Shown in pieces: positions 58,700 through 64,000 of a DNA stretch of 64,000 bases. Every line of letters starts with the position of its first letter. Position 1 is the first letter of the stretch. A model generated the notes under the pieces. It was not told the DNA's origin, did no database searches, and was given only the letters and a program-made list of their open reading frames with translations. Origin of the DNA: Cladosporium halotolerans (taxonomy: Eukaryota); assembly GCF_011745625.1 (NCBI RefSeq), contig NW_027191468.1:310001-374000 (forward strand). The letters run 5' to 3'. The translations under genes and the position numbers were made by a program.

Positions 58700-60605
58700 A
58701 TGGCGCTCATAGCGACCTCCCTCATCTGGGTGGCATACGCCGTCTGCCTGGCGATCCTGTTCTTCATTTCGGGCATCTTCGTCTTCGTGTACCAGAAGCC
58801 CCACGAGCGCGGTTTCGTGGTGACGCTGGTATGCTTCATAACAGTGTTGTCTCTTCTCGCCACTGTGCTACTACTGCCCGTGGACGTGGCGCTGGTATCG
58901 TCCACCACGAGCATCAAACTTGGCGCAAAGAAGGACTGGGCGACTCCTGACGCCGTCGACAACATTCTGTTCCAACTGAAAATCGTCTACTACACGCTGT
59001 ACAGCCTCGATGCTGTCATGTGCCTGCTGGTCGTGCCTTTCACCTACTTCTGGTACGAGGAATACGACGAGGTCGCTACCGAGGATGGCACGCAGACCGT
59101 CGGCAACAGACTCTGGGGGGCTTTCAAGTACACGATTGTCTTCATTGCTCTTTGCCTGATCTTGTTCTTGGTTGGCTTCTTCATCCCGGTGGCGAAGGAA
59201 GCAAGAGACGACCACCGTGATCTGGATTACTTCAAGGATCTCTTGACAGAAAACCGTGAGTTCTGAACGCGTCCCCACGAGGAGGTGACAAGCTGACAGT
59301 TTCGCAGATGGAGAGCGTGCTTTGACTTTCGCAGTCGGTGTGCTCATCACCATCGGTACAGTGCTGTACTGCTGTTACACTGCGCCTGGTCTGGCTCTGC
59401 TGCCACTCACGCTCATTAAGTCTGCGCCGAGAGTGTCCGCACCGCAGCTCGCTGCTTCCACTTCAAGTCAGCTTGAGCAGAACCGCGAGCGTCAGAGGCA
59501 GCTGGAAGGCCGCAATGAAGGTAGAGATGGCGGACTTGACTCCCGCGATCGAAGGGAACTCGAGGCACTCGTCCGTGAGGAGCGCACCCTTGTCCGTCGT
59601 GAGAGGCTTGCCTCTGAGAATAGCGGAGAGGGCCACAACTTCCTCGTCCGCACCTGGATCAAGCTTGAAGCTGTCTTCCGCCCTCTGAAACTTCTCGGTG
59701 GCCTGCTTCTGCTTCTCGTCTCTCTCTTCGTCTTCGCCAGCATGCTGATCACCTGCATCGACAAGATCAAAAACTCTGTTTGCAGGTCCCACTGCGGCTT
59801 CCTTCTCGGACACACGAAGATCTTCAACCCGATCAATTACATCCTCACGGTGTCCAGCCGTGTCTTTCCCATCGACTATACTGTCTTCCTCCTTCTGACT
59901 ATGCTGTTCTTCGCCTCGTCAGTCGTAGGCATGGCCACATTGGGCATTCGCTTCCTCTGGATCACCCTCTTCAGAATCCGCAAAGGGCAGACGACACCCA
60001 ACGCCATGCTCATGGCCACAGTGCTCCTCACCCTGATCGTCCTCGCGCTGAACTACGCGCTCGCAATGATCGTCGCCCCGCAATACGCCACATTCGGCGC
60101 CCAGACCTACTGCGACCGCCCCATGCACGGCGACCAGCAACCCGACTGCAGCAACCACCGCAAAGCCATCAAGCCCTGCTCGGAGCGCGCCGACAACCCC
60201 GCCAGCGACCTCGTCTGCACGCCGACGGCCGTCAGCACCTTCCTCAACCGCATTACGGTCAACTTCCCCTTCCTCGGCGTCGTCGACTTCTGGGCGCAGT
60301 TCGCTTTCCTCGGCATCTTCCTCGTTGTCTTCCTCGTCATGCTGTTCCGCGTGCCGAGGCTGGACGAGGAGCAGGTGGACGACGACTTGCGTGAGGAGGA
60401 AGAGGAGGGACTGCTCGCTAGCACCGGTAGGCGCTTCGGTGCGACTTGGCAGGACATCACCGGTCGCGCTTCGGGTGTGAAGAGGGCTAATTACGGCGCT
60501 GTCAATGGCAGTGATGCTGCGGCTGATAGGGGCACTGCGGACCAAGGTGAAGAGGGACCGGTGAATGGTACCCAGGGTGGTGCCAACAGAGATTCTAACT
60601 GGTGA
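58700..60605 (+). CDS. LMBR1-family membrane protein (probable lysosomal cobalamin transporter/LMBD1-like); 2 exons
   Basis: Multiple TM helices, [41 protein letters not shown] and [13 protein letters not shown]. Intron at ~59256-59307. Confidence 0.92.
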
Positions 60606-60966
60606 GAAGGGGTTGAGTGGGCGGTTGTATTAAGATGTTCAAGAATGGCTGGGGTGGAGCAGATTTCATTTGAGTATGACATGTGTATGCGGAAGATACC
60701 TAGGAATGCATTATGAATATTTCGAAGGCGCAAGCATCACACAATCTGGAATCGTCGTGATACACGGAAGCAACGTTACCAGATATAAAAGCCGATGGAT
60801 GTGTTCTTCCTCTTCCTCTTCCGATGTCAAAAGATCAGACAGAGTCAGACCAGGTATCTAAGAAACCTTAACCCAGACTCCTGCAAATGCAACCATGACC
60901 CATCGCTCGCCCCCAAATCAACCAGCCCTCAAACAAAGAAGCGCCAACAACCATTCCAAAACAAGC

Positions 60967-61852
60967 TCATTTCTTTCCCTTCTTCTTCCCTCCGCCCTGC
61001 GCCTGCGCCGGGCCCCCAGCCTCCACTAGCACCGCGTCGTCGTCGCTGTTCGTCTTCCTCCCCACGGGCGGGTTGATCGCGGCCGCCGCATCCGCACTGT
61101 CGCCCTCGAGCTCTTTCATGAACTGGTCCTGGATCCCCGCGCGTTTGTTCTCCCACCACGCTTTGTCGGAGTCCAGCTCGGCCTGCATCTCAGCGATGCG
61201 CTTCTTCAGCATGATGTTCTGGTTGATTTCGTTCGCGGACTGGAAGATCACTTGGCCCCAGTTGGGGGCGAAGGCGTTGGCCTGTGGAAGAGAAATATCA
61301 GTGTCTGCATGGAATATGAGTACGGCAGAAGATCGCGATTCGGCTTACCTCGTTCACGACATCCTTCACCTCAAGCTCCATCTCCTGCTCCGCGCGCTGA
61401 AACCGCTGCCACAACTCATCGCCCACCGAGCCCCTCTGCACCAGCGTCTGGAGCGCCGGCTTGGCCTGGCGCAGCTGCACGATGCGCTGGATGTCCTCGA
61501 CGGCGCGCTTCAGCAGCGCAGCCTTCAGCACCGAGTCCGGCACCTTGCTCAGCTTCTTCTCGCCGTCGCTGGCGGCCTCGGGGTCCAGGTGCAGGAGGCT
61601 GAGGTAGATGTTGCGCGTGACGTGCTGCGGGAACCATGGCTCGAGCTTGCTGGCGCGCGCGATCTGGCGCTGGCGGTAGACGGACGAGAAGCTGTAGAGG
61701 GAGCCGATGAGGATGATCAGGTAGGCGGTTGGGAGGAGCAGGCCGGTCCAGAAGGGTTTAGGGACAGGCGGGGTGAAGGCGCCGGAGGTGCCATTGAATG
61801 TGCCGTTCCCGTCGAAGGTGCCGTTGAAGGTCGAGTTTGTTGCGTTGTCCAT
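60967..61852 (-). CDS. SEC66: Sec62/63 translocon subunit Sec66 (Sec71); 2 exons
   Basis: Glycosylated N-tail, one TM helix, FSSVYRQR, LEPWFPQH..RNIYLSLLH, LKAALLKRAVEDI and GSVGDELWQRF..AE.EME.EV..VVNE|ANAFAPNWGQVIFQSANE. Confidence 0.93.
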
Positions 61853-62477
61853 GGTGGGTGGTGTGCCTCTCAGGCTGTCGTGATTTCTTTGAGCTGTTCG
61901 TCGATGTACGACAGGTGTTCGTTTGGTGTGTATTTTTATGCGGTCATGCCAGATGCGTCGTTCAAGGGGAAAATAGAGTGGTTGTTGCGCAGGATATGAG
62001 GCGCAAGGTGCGGTTGCAGATAATCGCACAGGAAGTTGCTCGTAAATCGCCCTTGACAGCCAGGGCATGCATTCAAACAACTGTCTTCCCCTCGGAGTAG
62101 GAAACGCCCAAATCGCGGATCTGTTCCGTGGCCCTCGTGCGGCTCTGCGGTAGGGCGGGCTCCCCGCATGGCGCGCCTGCAGCTGTTTCCGTGACGTGAC
62201 GTTGTCACAGTCGCCTTCGAGAGCTTCACTTCCGTTAACACTTTACGATCTCTTACGCTTTTCATTTGCAACACGCACCGGACGTCCACACACCCTCCCT
62301 CATCTTTCGCCGTCCCATCGAGCCGTCATTTGGGGCATTCACAATCTTTCCGACGGACGTACTACACAAAGGTCTGTTGGTCACTGCGGTGAACTACAAC
62401 TGCAGCGACTTTTGAAGCTCCCCAGCGATCGCCGCCCGCTTGGTATCTAGAACTACTACCCACGACACTTCGCGATC

Positions 62478-64000
62478 ATGATACTGCGTTTCCAAAGTCG
62501 CAACGGACAGTTCCGCCTCACCGTCGAGCCCGATACCGATATTGCATCGATCCTACCGCAAGTCGTGGAGAAACTGCCAGCGGGCACTCAGCCATCCTCT
62601 GTCACTATCAGCCCAAAGCCTCACGGCGCGGACTCTCGACCTATTGAGGCACTGAAGGGCGTGAGCTTTGGCAAGCTTGGTCTTACCCACGGAACCCAAG
62701 TCTTCCTCGATTACAAGGAAGAGGCAGCCGCCACAAATGGACATTCCACTGGGGGTAGCAGATTGAATGGGAAGGAAGTGAGCAAGGAGGAGGATGTATC
62801 GAGTATACCTATACCTACGGGAGCCAACGCAAAGCTCATCAAGAACCCTTGGGAAACGGTCAAGCAGTCCGCTCTTGACGACCGCTTAGATCAGCAAGAT
62901 GGCAAGATACACCGGAAAAAGGACGAGAAGATGTGCAGACACGGGCCGAAGGGAATGTGCGACTACTGCATGCCCATCGAACCCTACAACAAGGAGTATC
63001 TGGATGAGAAGAAGATCAAGCATCTGTCATACCATGCATACCTGCGGAAACTGAACCAGGGAAAGAACAAGTACGATTCAGGAAGCTCTTACATGCCTCC
63101 TCTTTCCGAGCCCTACTACCGCGTCAACCCACAATGTCCTTCAGGCCACAAACCCTTCCCTCAAGGGATTTGCACCAAATGTCAGCCTTCTGCAATCACG
63201 CTACAGCCGCAAGAATACCGCATGGTCGACCACGTAGAGTTCGCGGACTTTCAGGTGGTAAACCGATTCATCGACTTCTGGCGACAGACCGGCTGTCAGC
63301 GCATCGGTTTCATGTACGGGCGTTACGAGCAGTATGATGAGGTCCCCCTTGGTACCAAGGCCGTCGTGGAAGCTATCTACGAGCCGCCCCAGATCAACGA
63401 GGTCGACGGCGTTACGCTGCGCGAGTGGGAGAATGAAGAAAAGATTGACGAGCTAGCCGCGCTTTGTGGTCTTCAGCGAGTCGGTGTCATCTTCAGCGAT
63501 CTCGTACCTCCTACTGAGCCGGATCAGACAGCGGTCTGCAAGCGCCACATCGACTCGTACTACCTTTCCTCCCTCGAGATCATCTTCGCCGCCCGCTACC
63601 AGGGAAAGTACCCTCGCCCTTCGAAATGGAGTGACACAGGCCGGTTTGGCTCAAATTTTGTTACCTGTGTGATTTCCGGTGACGATGAAGGTCAAATCGC
63701 GGTGTCTGCTTATCAGGCCAGCAACTCTGCCGTGGAGATGGTGCGCGCCGACATTATTGAGCCTTCAGCAGAGCCCTCTGTCATGCTCGTACAGGATGAG
63801 AACGAGGAGAACGAGCTTGGCCGCGTCCGGTACATCCCCGAAGTCTTCTACACGCGCATCAACGAGTACGGTGCACGAGTACAGGAAAACGCGAAGCCAT
63901 CCTTCCCCGTGGAGTACCTACTCATCACTCTTACCCACGGCTTCCCCCTTCAATCACAACCCCTGTTTGCAAAGAACAACTTCGCAGTCGAGAACCGTGA
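62478..64000 (+). CDS. NPL4: Nuclear protein localization protein 4 (Cdc48-Ufd1 cofactor); runs off the right edge
   Basis: Manual translation gives [16 protein letters not shown]..., [67 protein letters not shown] and [15 protein letters not shown]. Confidence 0.96.
   Translation, partial: MILRFQSRNGQFRLTVEPDTDIASILPQVVEKLPAGTQPSSVTISPKPHGADSRPIEALKGVSFGKLGLTHGTQVFLDYKEEAAATNGHSTGGSRLNGKEVSKEEDVSSIPIPTGANAKLIKNPWETVKQSALDDRLDQQDGKIHRKKDEKMCRHGPKGMCDYCMPIEPYNKEYLDEKKIKHLSYHAYLRKLNQGKNKYDSGSSYMPPLSEPYYRVNPQCPSGHKPFPQGICTKCQPSAITLQPQEYRMVDHVEFADFQVVNRFIDFWRQTGCQRIGFMYGRYEQYDEVPLGTKAVVEAIYEPPQINEVDGVTLREWENEEKIDELAALCGLQRVGVIFSDLVPPTEPDQTAVCKRHIDSYYLSSLEIIFAARYQGKYPRPSKWSDTGRFGSNFVTCVISGDDEGQIAVSAYQASNSAVEMVRADIIEPSAEPSVMLVQDENEENELGRVRYIPEVFYTRINEYGARVQENAKPSFPVEYLLITLTHGFPLQSQPLFAKNNFAVENR

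Noticed and set aside
58700..60605. Cobalamin-transporter-like gene in a fungus not expected to use B12
   Set aside because: LMBR1-family genes are widespread in ascomycetes; not novel.

Overview
Gene-dense, intron-containing eukaryotic DNA from a filamentous ascomycete. Protein style and GT..CTRAC..YAG introns suggest a Dothideomycete; this is inferred, not established. About 28 protein-coding loci are supported. Housekeeping genes: TAF2 (partial), PWI/SRm160-like, G-patch, KRE33/NAT10, cyclophilin, EAF6, ChaC, CFT1, LMBR1-like, SEC66 and NPL4 (partial). Metabolic or accessory genes: SDR, metallo-beta-lactamase-fold hydrolase, flavodoxin-like quinone reductase, pepsin-like membrane protein, M28 carboxypeptidase, cupin, FAD monooxygenase, GT90, GFA, hexokinase and a secreted Cys-rich protein. 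I found no rRNA, tRNA, CRISPR array or intact transposon. The most interesting signal is in the Pst2/Ycp4-family quinone reductase. It ends at a TGA in a readthrough-type context (TGA CTG), followed in frame by 63 open codons ending in C-G-L-P-F-K-C-S-V-S-stop. That is a cryptic CaaX/palmitoylation tail, so one gene may make both a soluble and a lipid-anchored isoform. Other notable items are a broken and internally inverted dynamin-like pseudogene, an otherwise intact MFS transporter with one in-frame TAA, a hexokinase with altered ATP-site motifs, a 5-nt microexon, and recurring C-rich-to-G-rich skew units paired around convergent gene ends. All calls come from manual translation and motif recognition; no searches were run.
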